Assembly: GCA_013265495.1 (NCBI GenBank)
Contig: MU058206.1
Span: forward strand, 684,001-745,874
Origin: Vicugna vicugna
Lineage: Eukaryota
Direction of reading: 5' to 3'
DNA length: 61,874 nucleotides
Positions 33,705-46,601 of this stretch are shown here, piece by piece. How positions within the stretch are numbered: position 1 is the first letter of the stretch; every line of letters starts with the position of its first letter. A program made the position numbers and the translations under genes. The notes beneath the pieces are model-generated. The model worked only from the letters and a program-made list of their open reading frames with translations. It was not told the origin of the DNA and made no database searches.

Positions 33705-34212
33705 TAAATTAGTTACCTGTTGCTGTACCACAAACTTACCCTAAAACTTAGAGGCCTAAAATAATTTCAGCCAATTAGTACCTCATACAGTTTTTGAGGA
33801 TTGGGAGCAACTAGCTGAGCAGTTCTGGCTAGTGGTCTCTTGAGAAGTCACAGTCAGGTGTCACTGCAGTCATCTGAAGGCTTGGCTGGAGCTGGAGGGT
33901 CCACTTCCAAGATGGCTACTCGCCTGGTGTGCCGGCCATTGGCTGGGGGCCTCAGCTCCTCGGCATGTGGCCTCTCCATGGCTGCTTGAGTGTCCTTACA
34001 ACATGGCAGCTGGTTCCCCCCTAGCAAGTGATCTAGGAAAGAATAAGGATGAAACCACGTCTTTTGTGACCTGACCTCAGAAGTCACACACTGTCATTTC
34101 TGCAGTATTCTGTTGCTTACACCCCTTGAACCTATTCTGTGTGGGAGGGGAACTCCGAACATGAAAACCAGGAGGTGAGGTTCGTGGGGATCACAGTGGA
34201 GGCTGGCTACCG
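33705..34212 (-). mobile_element. MLT1 (MaLR) solo LTR
   Basis: attagttacctgttgctgta...gtcatctgaaggcttggctggagctggagggtccacttccaagatggct...gaagtcacac...ggaggctggctacc. Subfamily not certain. Confidence 0.8.
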
Positions 34213-36016
34213 TGTGGGATCTGATCACCTCTATTTCATGGATGGAGAAAACTGAGGCTTGCCAGGGTTGATCCAGTCCCCCAAAGCAGAGGCTTGAACC
34301 CAGATTTTTTCCCCTCTGTGAGCCCAGCAACTTTCCACCCCCCACCCAGGCTCCTTGGGGAAGAAGCCACTGGTGGTAGAGCCTAGATCTGCATGCCCCC
34401 AGCTGGGCAGAGGGGAGGGGTGGCAATCAGGCCTCCCAGGCCTGCGAAATAAATATAATCACATGTTTGCCTCAGCAGAAAAAAAGCAGTAGGGGAGGGA
34501 GAAGGCTCTCTTCATCTAAACATGCTTCTGCCCTGACGGGCTGTGTTTTCCATTTAAACCACACTCGAGATGGCTGGGAAAATATGCTTGATCCTAGGGC
34601 ATTTTTCAGAAATTCAACCTGTTGGGCTCCTTGCCCCTTTCCTGGTGCCCCCAAGAGTGGGCTTATCCCACCCCCAACAGCCTTAGTGCCTCACTCACAG
34701 GGTGGTCTCAGACCCCTGTCTCACCCTATCTGAGCCCCCAGGAGCTGGGGCAGCTGCCAAGTCTCTCCTGGTGTTGGAGCAACATCAGTCTTCATGTGAT
34801 GTCAGCAGACCTCGGGGAAGAAATTCTTAGGCCAAGGAGACCTCTGCTTTCAAGAGGACCCGAGGGCCGGGGCTGGGCCTCCGCCATTAGACTGAGGCTC
34901 CCAGTAAGTGGTAGCGCCCAGAATGGGGCCATGCCTCCTTCCTCAGTTGACAGTGGGTAGGGGTTTGACAGGCAATGGCTGACACTAGAGCAGGATAGGG
35001 AGGTGACTGGTGGGGAGGGGTCCTCCTTCCCTTCTGCTGCTTGCTTCCCACGCCCTCTCTCCAGCTTTCCTACTGCCAGTTAGTTAGCAGGGCTGGGCTT
35101 GGGGAAGAATGGAGTCAGCAAAGAAATACAATGAGGAGGACCAGAGAGTGGCCAAGGTGACGGGTCTCAGGATGGAACTGCAGCTTCCACCCAGCTCCCC
35201 TCTGTGGGCACGCCCCATGCTTGTGTCTGGACATTGGTCCCTCCCCCAGATCTCCAGCTAGATGGGTTTCACAGAATCAGCAGCTGCAGAGTTGGAAGAG
35301 ACTCTTGGTTTCACTATGCAAATGGAGGAACTGGGGCTCAGAGAAGGAATAAAACCCGCCTCTTGGTGCGGACACAGGGTGGAGCCAGCAGCAGCCACTA
35401 TCAGGATCAAAGGTCACCAGCTTCCTCCAGAAGCCCAACCCTCCTGAGGGGAAAGAGGAGAAGAGAGGAAGAAGCACAGGGAGCATCAGAAATCTCAGGG
35501 GATCCTCTTGGCTGGGGGTGGCGGGGGCGTTGGGGCTCAGGTCTGTGGTGGAAGCTTGCGTTGGGACCCCTGGGGTTTGGGGCAGGCAGGAGCAGCAGGA
35601 GGAACCTGGTCCCTCAGCTTTAGATATGTAAAACCAACCCTCCAGGCCTCAGTTTTTCCATCCAGAAAATGGGGATTTGTTTCTCCAGTCTGGCCCCACT
35701 ACTTGTAGATAAGAGCTGTTCCTTGCTGGCCCTGTCCTCTAAGCACTGAGGATATGAACTTGGCCTCCCCTCTTCTGACCCCTGGCCTCCAGTTTCCACT
35801 GTAGTGGCATCAGGGGACCAGAAATAAATCCTGAGGGAGGATTAGGGTCACTCAGGTCACTTAAGAGTTCAGATTGCAGCAGAGTGGCTGGATACTAGGT
35901 TAGAAGGACTTCCTGGCCTAGTGGGCAGCGGCCCTGCAGGGCGTGGCTACCCCAGCCACCCCCCAGCTGGGAGGGAGATCCTCTCTCCCAAGATAGCCTC
36001 CTTTTGTGTGTGTGTG

Positions 36017-36522
36017 TTTTTTAAATTGAAGTACAGTTGGTTTACAATGTGTTAATTTCTGGTGTACAGCATAGTGATTCAGTTATATATATATATATGT
36101 TCCTTTTCATACTCTTTTTCATTATAGGCCATTACAAGGTATTGAATATAGTTCTCTGTGCTATACTGTAGGACCTTATTGTTTATCTATTTTATGTATA
36201 GTAGTTTCTATTTGCAAATCCTGAACTCCCAATTTATCCCTCTGCATCTCCTTACCCCCAGTAACTATAAGTTTGTTTTCTATGTCTGTGAGCCTGTTTC
36301 TGTTTTGTAAATAAGTTCATTTGTGTCATTTTTTTGAGATTCCACTTATAAGCAATATCATGTAATATCTGTCTTTGTCTGACTTACTTCACTTAGTCTT
36401 ACCATCTCCAGGTCTACCTATGTTGCTGCAAATGGCATTACTTTATTATTTTTTATGACTGAGTAGTATTCTGTGGGATATATGTACCATATTTTCTTTA
36501 TCCAATCACCTGTCAATGGACA
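36017..36522 (-). mobile_element. L1 3' end (ORF2 C-terminus and 3'UTR)
   Basis: Reverse frame DWIKKIWYIYPTEYYSVIKNNKVMPFAAT; ttgaagtacagttg tail. Confidence 0.9.
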
Positions 36523-37033
36523 GATTTCTCCCATGACAGGTTGCTCCCATGTCTTGAAAACAGTCTTTTTCTGCTCCTCCTCCCTGGGGACAGAGAAGGG
36601 GTGTGGTGGCGTGGATGGGGCTAGACTCCTGGACACTGCTGGGATGCCCCTCCCCACCAGCTCCATGAACCCACAAGCCACACCTGTCCCATTACAAAGC
36701 CACAGAGAACCCAGGCTGGGAGGGACCACCCTCTGGTGACTGCCCTCCCACCACAGCTCTGGCCCTAGGCTTCCTGCTTGGCAGAGGCAGTGGGGCAAGA
36801 TGAGGTGGGGCAAGATGAGGTGGGGTGAGAGAAGGTCTGTGAAGAGGATGGAAAGGCCATGGAGGGGCAGCTGTCCAATCGTAAGGGAAAGACATGGAAA
36901 TGATAAACATTTCCACAAAATAGAAAAGAAGGAGGAGGGAAGAGGAGGAGGAAGAAGGAGAAGAGGAAGAAGATTCTATGAGGAAAAGCTGGTGGCAAGC
37001 CCTGCCTTTTGAATCCTTCATTCAACCCTCAGA

Positions 37034-37781
37034 TGCTGGAACAGACCCAGACACCCCTGGAAAACAGAAGACAGTACAGGGAAAGCTTGGGGGACAGGAC
37101 TCTGTGGCAGGGGCAGATTTTTAAGCAAGTAATTTAAGAATTTATGAGGTACTCTTAAGGGCTTTAAAACAGCAACAGATGGATGTGGGAGCCCATGATT
37201 GGGTTTACAAATTGTAACAAACCCAAGCGGCCTGTCACCTTTAAGAAAAACAAATGAGCTTAGTAATTGCTTTGCAAGCAGGCACCTGTGCATCTGCATT
37301 CCTGTCTTCTTGCCGTAAAAAGCAGAGACAATGCCTTGCTTGTATACTTGAGGTTTTAGACAACACTCTGCAAGTTGCAAAGCAATGACCCAGGCCTTCA
37401 GCTATAAATGCTGGGCGTGCCTGCTGTTAGATAGTCTTTTATCCCGTAAACAAGAAACTGGCTGGTCTGGTGGTCTGCTTTGTAATTAATATACTAAAAA
37501 TGTATCTTGTTTCCCTTTTCTCATGACTTCCCTAAAGATAAGCCAAGCCTTTATACTCATTGTGGATTCTACACTTTTCATCTCATCCTGTCTTGCCCTA
37601 AGTTCCTGCATGCCATCACATAACTGTTAATTTTTTCCTTTGATTATACACAAGAAATGCGCGAGCATTTGAGAGGCTGGTGAAGTTGGCTCCCGACTCC
37701 CTCTTGCTCTCTTGACTTTTCCCACAGAGTCTCAAGTAATTCATGCCGTCTCCGTGGGACTTCTGCCGGCCAGAACCCACA
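37034..37781 (+). mobile_element. 5' LTR of a betaretrovirus-like ERV
   Basis: TG...CA ends (5' start approximate), TATA-like tataaa at ~37403, followed directly by a PBS and gag. Confidence 0.7.
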
Positions 37782-37783
37782 AC

Positions 37784-37801
37784 TGGTGACCCCGACATGT
37801 C
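37784..37801 (+). promoter_or_regulatory. Primer-binding site resembling tRNA-Trp
   Basis: TGGTGACCCCGACATGTC versus the Trp PBS TGGTGACCCCGACGTGAT: the first 13 nt are identical. It begins 2 nt after the LTR's terminal CA. Confidence 0.7.
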
Positions 37802-37964
37802 TGACTACACAGCGACAAAACGACACGTTTCAGCTGGAGAGAAAAACTGCATCCAGATCCCCATAAATTTCATCCTAGTAAGGGAAACAGCAACGCCCGC
37901 TCGGGATAGTTGCCAACGTGCATAGATTTCAGCGAGAGCCTTGTTTTTCTTTCTCTTTCTTACT

Positions 37965-38726
37965 GTGGGTCAACAACTATCTAATAAACAAATGATCTAC
38001 CTCCACACATTGCAGCAGCTACTGAAAGCAGCTCATTACACCATGTCGGAAGAGCAACTTATTAAATTGTTACAAATGGTACAGGAGACTTGTCCCTAGT
38101 TTCCAGACCATGAAACAATCGATTTAAAACTCTGGAAATGGGTTACTAAAAATTAAAAATGTAGGCATCAGCAAGGGAGAAAATCCCCACTTCCATTTTA
38201 ACTACCTGGAGTTTGGTACGCACTGCTCTATGTCCCTTGTATTCTTCCTCGCAGAATAATTGTGCTGAACCTGCATCTCGTTCTCCCCCTTCCTCTCCCC
38301 CTACTTCTTCTACTCCAGTCCTTTCTACACCACCTGCCTCTCTTTCGCAGATAATCTGCCGCTGCCACCTCCCCCTCCCTCTCTTGAGGAGTACGATTGT
38401 AAACTGCTATGAAACAATGTTTCAAAGAAGGCGTACATTTGGGAGAGCTACATGCTTATCTGGTGATTGCAGGGCATGGGCAACATGTTAAGTATGAGGC
38501 TGTCCCTTTCTCAGTATTCAAAAAACTAAGAACTAGTATTGTATAAAATGGTACCCAAAGTTCATTTAGTAAAGATATTCTTGATACATTTGGAAATGCA
38601 TATGTTATGACTCCTTGGGATTGGAGAGCTCTTGTAAAAACTGTCTTAACTCCTTCTCAATTTGCTGTTTGGTCTTCTGAATACCATGAAGGTTGTCTCT
38701 TAGGAACTGCTTGTAATGCTAATGCT
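37965..38726 (+). pseudogene. gag: Defective betaretroviral gag (matrix and capsid N-terminus), HML-6-like, 3'-truncated
   Basis: (GTG)GQQLSNKQMIYLHTLQQLLKAAHYTMSEEQLIKLLQMVQETCP*FPDHETIDLKLWKWV ... YEAVPFSVFKKLRTSIV*NG...MTPWDWRALVKTVLTPSQFAVWSSEY. Contains stops, frameshifts and a lost ATG. Confidence 0.85.
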
Positions 38727-39110
38727 GGCGAGGGAGGTAGCCTGAGGCCAGATCATATTGGGCCTTGTAAGGGTAAGGCAAGGAGGTTGATTTTTCTGCT
38801 AAACGTGATAGAAAACCACTAGAGGGTTTGGATTTGATTTACGTATTTGAACGATCTGGCGGCTGTGTGGAGAATGGATTCTAGGTGTCAGCGTGGAGGC
38901 TGCCAGGAAAGGCCGGACCCGGGCTGTGGCAGTGTCGGGCTAACCAGCCGCTGGCAGCAGTGGAGACAGAGCCCGATTCTGAGCTTGGTTTAGAATTAGA
39001 GCCAGCAGGCCCTGCTGACCACTGGATATGGCTGAGGGTCAAAGGGAGGAATGGAGATGGCGCTTGGGCTTTTGGCCAGAGCAGCTAAGAAGCTGGTGGT
39101 GCCTCACTGT
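38727..39110 (-). mobile_element. L2 fragment abutting the truncated ERV
   Basis: ggccagatcata...gggccttgtaagg...ggctgtgtggagaatggatt...tgctgaccactggatatgg. Confidence 0.55.
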
Positions 39111-41039
39111 GGACTGTATTCTCCATTCATCTCCTTCTGTCGCCGGCCCGGGCCTCCCTCTGCAGAGGCTGCAGGACAGTTGTTCATTCATGGATTCCTG
39201 CAGGAGGTATTTCTGGAGCTCAAGCCGGGCCCCCTCCAGCCCCCAGCCCTACTCTGACTGGACCCTGCCCAGCTTCTGACAGCCGGGCCGGACCGCTGCC
39301 CTCCCCTCCAGCCTGGTGGGTCTGGCCTCATACGCTGCTGCCCAGATGTGGGGTAGAGACATCAGGGGCCTTCCAGGGCTTGAAAATCTCTCTTTGTAGT
39401 GAGATGCTCTGGAGGAGGATAGGGGAACACAGTGGGTGTTCCTGTCCAGGGAATGGAGGCCCTGCCAACCCCTGTACCAGGGGAGTGTCCCTGATAGACA
39501 CTTGTCATTGTGGAGGGTAATGAATGGCAGACAACACTCCTAGGTCCTGGGCGCCTGGACCAAGACAGTGTCAGAGGAAGGTCCCCAAGAGTGCCTCTGC
39601 CTGGGGATGACAGTTTTCTACTACAGGTCCTGAGCTGCGGAGACTCAGACGGCTAAGATCACAGCAGTTCTTCAAGCGAAGCCTCAGGTCGCCTTTGCCT
39701 CGCTCTGGGCAACTTAGGAGGAAGCTTCAGGGCGCTATCCTGCGTACCTCTGCTCAGAGTCACCAGCCTCATCTCTCAGTTCCCTTCCAGCCCAGTCCTC
39801 ACTTGCCCAAGCCTTTCTTCTGCCCTCAATGTTCTTCCTGTTTTCCAACTGCCTCCTACCCCCTCGACCACTAGAAGACCACTCCTCACCACTCAACACC
39901 TGCCTGGATATCCCCGTGCTTCTCCCTGAGACCCAGCCCAGGCCCTGGCTGCCCTCGGATGCCCCTCTGTGGCTGGGGTGGGGTCAGAAGCATCTCCGGG
40001 CAGCTCCGGGCCTGGCGTCTCCGTCCCCGCCCCCACCTCGGAGCCTCAGTCTGTCAGCAGTGATGGATGCCGGGTAGCAGTCCCTTGGAACAGATCCTGG
40101 ATCTAAAAGCCTCATGCAGCCATCCTGGATGGGAGGCGGGGGAGGGACACGGGGGTCCCCCAGAGCCAGGCTCCCTGCCATGAATGAAGCGGCCTGCAGA
40201 GCCAATTAGCGCAGAGAAGAGCCCAGCGATGAATCATGAGCCCATTAGTCCTGCCAGCTCGCCCCTCCCCCCACCCAAATGGGGCCCTGGCGGTGGGGGT
40301 GGGGTGGGTGTCTTTCCTCCTTCCAGCCGGCCTCTTCCTCCCCAGAGCCCCTCCCTCTCAGAACTGCTGAGAAGACCCTTGTACCCGAGAAGCACGTCAT
40401 GGCAGAGGGTATTGGACGCTCCCAGACGGGACACCCTCTACACACCCCCTACTGCCAGCCAGACTGGTTCAACTTGAGAAGAGACCCAGTGAGTGACCTC
40501 TTAGCCTGGCTCTTTCCCCCTTTCCTCCATTCTCCAGGAACTGAGGGCTAGACCTGGGTTGTCAGGTTGTCGGAAAGATGAGCCCTGGATGAGGCTTCCA
40601 GCCCAAGTCAGCCCCAGTGATCCAAACTTGCCCCTCCTCTGAGGGAGGAGGGAGATGAAGATCACAGAAGGTTAGGGGCTTGTCAGTGACCCAGCTCAGG
40701 CAGCGGACATCCACACCCTGCCAGCCCAGCCCGTGCCTCACCACCTCTCCTAAGCCCGTGAGGGTCTTTGTGTCGATGTCAGTCACAGCAGGCTGATGCC
40801 TCAAAGCTGGACTCTGGTGACTGGTCGGTGGTTGGCATCAAGTCCATGCCGGGCAGCGGCAGAGGAGGAAGGGAGCGAAGGAAGGATCCTCTGTCTGGAC
40901 ACTCTTGGGTGGGATCAGATTTGGAGAAGGTGTGGTTGCAGTGAGGGAGTCCGAGAAGGCGGAGGGAGACACAGCCACAGCTCTGGATGCCATGTGCTAG
41001 GTGTTGGCCGGTGACTTGACCTCATTTCTCCTGCTGTTA

Positions 41040-41180
41040 CTTTCTCTGTTTTACAGATGAGATGACTAAGGTTTGGAGAGGTTAAGGGACTTGTCCAAGG
41101 TCCCAGAGCAAGAACATGGGAACTGGATTTGAACCTCAGTCTGTGACTTCGGTGCTTGAGCAGATGCCTTCTGAGCCACA
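41040..41180 (-). mobile_element. MIR SINE
   Basis: ttttacagatgagatgactaagg...gaggttaagggacttgtccaaggtc...ggatttgaacctcagtctg. Confidence 0.75.
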
Positions 41181-42409
41181 TCTGGGACTCTGATTCTGTC
41201 CAGAACTGGCTTCATTTATCCCGCTGCCTAGTTGACATCACCGACCAGCTGTCCGGTAGGGGCCTCTAACTCAACGTGCTGAACTCTGAGCTCATTAGCC
41301 ACCCTCCCCAGCCTGCTCCTCCCTCCTGCAAAAGGTACCTTCCGTCATTGGCTGCCCAAGCCAGCAACGTGGGGATCCTCCCTCCTCCCTTTCTTCCTCC
41401 ACGTCCAACCAGGCATGAGAGTATGGAATCTGGTCCGTCCCGTCTGTGAAATGGGCCCATCACTGGGCGCCTCCTCCCCAGCTGTGCGGCAGGGATGTAG
41501 CTCAGGCCCTGAGCCTTTCTCACCAGCATAATTCCCAGACTCTCCCAAGACTCTCCAAATGGACCTCCAGCCTCCCCTCAACTCAATTCCTTCCTCCATG
41601 TGGCTGTCAGAATGCATGTTTCCAAGTACAATCTAACCCTTCATTTTCATCTTTAAAAATGTTGGCTCCCCGTCACTTTCAAGATAAAACATTAAGAAGT
41701 AGGCCCAGCAGACCTTTCTAAACCCTCCTCTGACCACCTCCCTCTCTCATCCAGTGAGCTACTGGCCACGTGGGATTGCGCACCTTGCCCAGGATGTGCC
41801 AAGGTTTTCGTTCCCCTTGACCTTGGCTCCAACTGTACTTCTGCCCAGAAAGCCCCCTTCCCCATCTCCACCTGGCAAACTTGTACTTCTCCTTCCAAAA
41901 TGGTTGAACGTCGTCTCCTCGACGCAGCTTCCCCTGCCCCGCCCCGCAGGATGAACGGCTCCCTCCTCTGTGCTCCCACAGAACTTTGCTCAAACTGCTG
42001 GCCCAGCACTTCCACACCAGCAGAGCCCTTAGCAGGTGGCTGCCTGTCCTTGCCTGAGAAGGGGGGCGGTGGGCTGCTCGGCTCTGCCTCCCTGATGGGG
42101 TCTGGCACAGCAGAGATGTTCAATAAAGGCTTGAGAGACTAGTGGACGGCCCTCCTCTCACCTCCTTCTCTAGTCTCCAACTTCCTGTTCTTCTGGCCTT
42201 GCTCCCAAGATAGTTTCCACCTGGAAACCATCCAGTGAAAAAAGTCTTGCTGGAAGGTGATCTGAGGAGTTGGCCATGGTCTGTGTGACCCCTGGAACTC
42301 AAGTAATCTGATTTGGACCAGAAAACACAGATTGTAGTTGGGGAATCTGGATTCTGAACAAAACCGCAAGACTCGGACACGTCACTTCTCTTCTGTGGGC
42401 CTCAGTGTT

Positions 42410-43646
42410 CTTTTTGTGTTTTTTTGAATTAACTTAATTTTAATTGTGGTAACATTGATTTATAACATTATAATAACATTATATAAGCTTCATGAGTACA
42501 GAAGTGTATTTCTGCTTCTGTATACCCAACACCATGCTCATCACTAAACATTTATTTTCCATCTGTCACCACACACTTGATGCCCTTTACTGATTTCACC
42601 CTTCCCCCACCCCCACTTCCATTCCAGCATCCTGTACTTTGCATCTATGTGCTTGTTTTCGATTGATTTGGTTTTGTTTATTTGTTTCTTAGTTTTATAT
42701 TTCACTTATGAGTGAAATCATACCGTATTTGTCTTTCCCCGTTTGACTTATTTCACTTAGCATAATACCCTAACGTCCACCCATGTTGTTGCAAATGGCA
42801 AGATTTCACCTTTTTTACAGCTCGGTAATATTCCTCTGTGTGTGTGTGCGCGCGCGTGTGCGTGTGTGTGCACATGCACCACGACTTTTTGAGATATAGT
42901 TGCTTTGTAAAATTATATTAGTTTCAGGTATACAACATAATGATTCAATATTTTTGTAGTTTATACTCCATTTAAAGTAATTATAAAATATTGATTATGT
43001 TCCCTGTGCTGTACATTAAAACTTTGTATCTTACTTACTCTATATCTAATAGTTTGTACCTCTTAATCTCCTCCCCCTACTTTGCTCCTCCCCCATCCCC
43101 TCTCCCCACTGGTAACCACTAGTTTGTTCTCTATATTTGTGAGTCTGTTTCTGTTCTGTTATATTCATTTGTTTTATTTTCTAGATTCTACATGTAAGTG
43201 AAAACATACGAATTTTGCCTTTCTCTGACTTACTTCACTAAGTATAATACCCTCCAGGTCCATCTATGTTGTTGCAAATGGAGAATTTTTATTCTTTTTT
43301 TATGGCTGAGTAGTATTTCATATTATGTATATACTTTACATCTTCTTTATCCATGCATCTTTTAATGGGAACTTCGGTTGCTTCCGTATCTTAGCTATTG
43401 TAAATAATGCTACTATGAACATTGAGGTGCAGGTATCTCTTCAGACGAGTGTTTTTGTATTCTTTCGATAAATACCCAGAAGTGGGATAGCTAGATCATA
43501 TGGTAGTTCTATTCCTTTTTTTTTTCCCCTCTTTTCTGAGGAAACTCCATGCTGTTTTCCATAGTGGCTGCACCAGTTTGCACTCCCACCAGCAGCATAT
43601 GAGGGTTCCCTTTTCTCTGAATCCTCGCCGACACTTGTTATTTCTT
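42410..43646 (-). mobile_element. L1 3' fragments (nested or tandem) inserted into a MIR, with an internal (TG/CG)n tract
   Basis: Two copies of the L1 segment tttcacttagcataataccc...catgttgttgcaaatgg. Flanking repeat gcctcagtg at ~42399 and ~43647; the MIR resumes afterwards. Confidence 0.85.
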
Positions 43647-46601
43647 GCCTCAGTGATTTTATGTTAAGTGAGGGTATGAGTAGAGGGCAGATGACATTCT
43701 AAACTCCCTTCCAGCTCTGATGTTGTATGAATTTTTTGCTTTATGATTCCATGGCCTGCGGAGGATCCTGGATAGTTGGCATGGTGTGTGAACAAGAAGC
43801 AAGAGCTGTATCTTGAGGGGTGGACTGTCCAGGGCAGACAAGCAGCGGTCCTGGGAGGTGACTCCCAAGAGAAAGAGGGATCGGTTGGAGAGAAGGGCAG
43901 GTGGACACACACTGAGAGGATGGCTCTAACTCTTTGGATTCAGTTAATTGTGAAAATCAATGGTCTGGCCAGAGGCAGGAGCCAGGGAAAAGCCTGAGGG
44001 ATGGAGACTCCCAGAGAATGAATGGATGGGGTGTGGCATCCTTTTTGCATCTCTCTCCCAGAGCTGACCCAGGGGTTACTATAGGCAAAGTCCAGGGGGG
44101 CTGGTGTTCAGGGGAGGAGCAATGCAAGGGGAAAGCCCGCTATTAGAATTTGGAGGGGAAGGACGGGGAGAATTGGGATGAAGTGAAAAATAGTCATATG
44201 CAAATTAAAGAGAACCTCAAGGCCACACATTTAAATAGACACCGGGTGCTGGAATAAGACCTCGCCCGCCACCAACTCCAGACCCAGACCTGGGATCTAG
44301 TCCTGGCTCTGCCACTGCCTCGTGGTTGTGTGACCTTGAGCAAGTTCCTATTTGCCTTTGAGCCTCTGTTTCCCCATCTGTAAAATAATGGGGTGTTCTG
44401 GACCATCTCTGAGGGCCATGGGTTGGCACACTAACTACAGGGTCCCATCAAGGGTCCTGCCAGCTTCAGCTCCCAACCCCCCTTGTTTACCCCCTTGGAC
44501 CCCCCAACCTAAGCGTCCACTGTGAGGCCCAGGGTTCTTTCCACGCCTGGCCGGCTTTTCTGGGCTCCTCCCCAAAGCGGCCCCTGCCTGCCTCTGCTTC
44601 CCTGCTTCTACTTCCTACTTCCAAGCAAGACTTCCAGCTTCTCCAAGATCCTGGATTTGAACCAGTCAGCCAGCAGAACCAACTGATTTTGATTTTCACA
44701 GTGAGGCTGGTGGGAGCACAGGCAGCCAGCCTGACCTCCCTACCTTCCTCCCTTCTCATCTCTCCGCTGCTGCCACCCCAATCCTCTCTCACCCCACAGG
44801 AGGGGAGGACAGACCTGGGTGTCCTAGGGGAGCGGGGAGAGGTGGACCCTGGTGGTGGCGGGCAGGAAGGAGGAGCAGGGGGCTGGAACAAACCACTCTC
44901 CTTCAATCAGCAGCCTCGGGATGAGATAGTCCATTAGGTGGGACAGAAAGGAGGTGCCAGTGTTGAGCCAGAAGCTGGAAGGAGCCATCACTTGGCAGTA
45001 AGCCCCCGGCCCACCACTTTGATTGACCCTCATTCACTCCCTCAGAGGCCGTTAACATCCTTTACGGGCCTGGGGACACGGCCAAGACTCTCACCTCATC
45101 TGGGGCCCTGGGCGGCCGCCTTTGTGCTTCTCCCCATGCCCGGCGCCTGCCATGGGGGACCGACCTGGCCCCGCTTCCACAAGGACTGTAAGTGAGCAGC
45201 TCTCAACCTTGGAGTAGTTCGGTGATCTGAAGTAGCAGTCTGAGCTCCTGGGGAGCTCCCAGTCTGATGGGGGCAGGTGGGACACCCATGTCGGCTGACA
45301 GATTGAAGAGACAGAGCTGAGTGAGGGCCTCAGGCGGGCTTCCTGGAGGAGGAGACAAGGAGAGGACAGGGGAGCAAGGCCAAGGGAAAGAGGGTCAATG
45401 ACGAGACTGGGAGAGGGAAGAGGGGCCTCCAGGGCAGGTGTGAGTGGTTTGTCCATCCGGAGTGTGGAAGGGGCGGTAGGCGGTGGGTGGGGAGGTGGCG
45501 CTGCTGAGGCTCAGTTGACGCATCTGTACAAATGGGCCCACACCTGCCTCCCCAGTTGCTGTGAGGATTAGCCGGGACCCTGTCCCTCAAAGCCCTGGCT
45601 GAAGATCACACTCCCCCCTCCCTTACTTCCTGTCCTTCCTTCATCCCCCAGAGGGGCCAGCCCCCTCCCCATTCCGCAGCATCTGGCCTCATCTGGAAAC
45701 GTGTGAGGTCCCAGTTGAGGTTCTGAAGGAAGAACCGGTGGAGGACAGGGCTGAGGCGGGGGCAGTGGCTGGAAAGAGCGGGAGCTGCATCTTCCTCACC
45801 GCCACCTCCCCCGGGCCTCATTCAGCAGCCCTTCATCTCCTCACTCTCGGCTGCCCCCGACACACACCTGTTTTCTCCCTCAGCTCCTCGGTGCGGCCCC
45901 TCCACGGCCTCCGGCGGGGCTTCCGCTTTCCTTCCTCCAGCTTTGCCCACAGTGGCTGCCCCGTGATAGATTCTCCAGTTTTGTTTCCAAAATTCTAGCC
46001 AATTTTGTATTCTCCTCCATAACACATCCAGGATGTCTGTGTAAGAATATTTTATTTTCAGTTAAATTACCAGACTTTTCCCTGAAAAATCTTTGAATGA
46101 GAAGTGGTGCCATTTTTTTTTAACCCCTTGGCTTTGCCAGCTCAAAGCACCTGATGAGGACTCAAGAGGCCCTGTGTCCTGCTTTGAGCCACATTGTGGG
46201 GCTCTATGGGGACACAGAATGCCCAGAGCCCTCTGTCCCACCCCAGGAGAAGAAGGTAAGGGCTCTGGGTGGGGGAGAGATACCTGGAGCCCCAGCCTTG
46301 ACTCCCGGAGGAGCAGGACTCTAGCCTGGTGGGGGGTGAAGGGGCTTTGGGGAGGGTCAGAGTTAACAGTAGAGTGGGCAGTTCTCATCTGTGACAGAAG
46401 GAGGTGTGGTCCTCCTGTGGTCTGACCTGATTCCATCCTGCTTCAGAGGCAGAATCTTGGGCTCATAAAATGTTGCCAAAGATGACTTTGGGGATCCTGT
46501 CGTCCCATTCCTCCGATTTCAAATGGGGCCACACAGGGATGTCATTTGAGATTCCAAAAACCTTCCTTCCTTCCAAATTAATCCACTCTCAGTTTCCAGG
46601 G

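Noticed and set aside
36791..36824. 15-bp tandem repeat ggggcaagatgaggt and other short duplications as a CRISPR-like array
   Set aside because: Only two or three units with no spacers; ordinary slippage in eukaryotic DNA.
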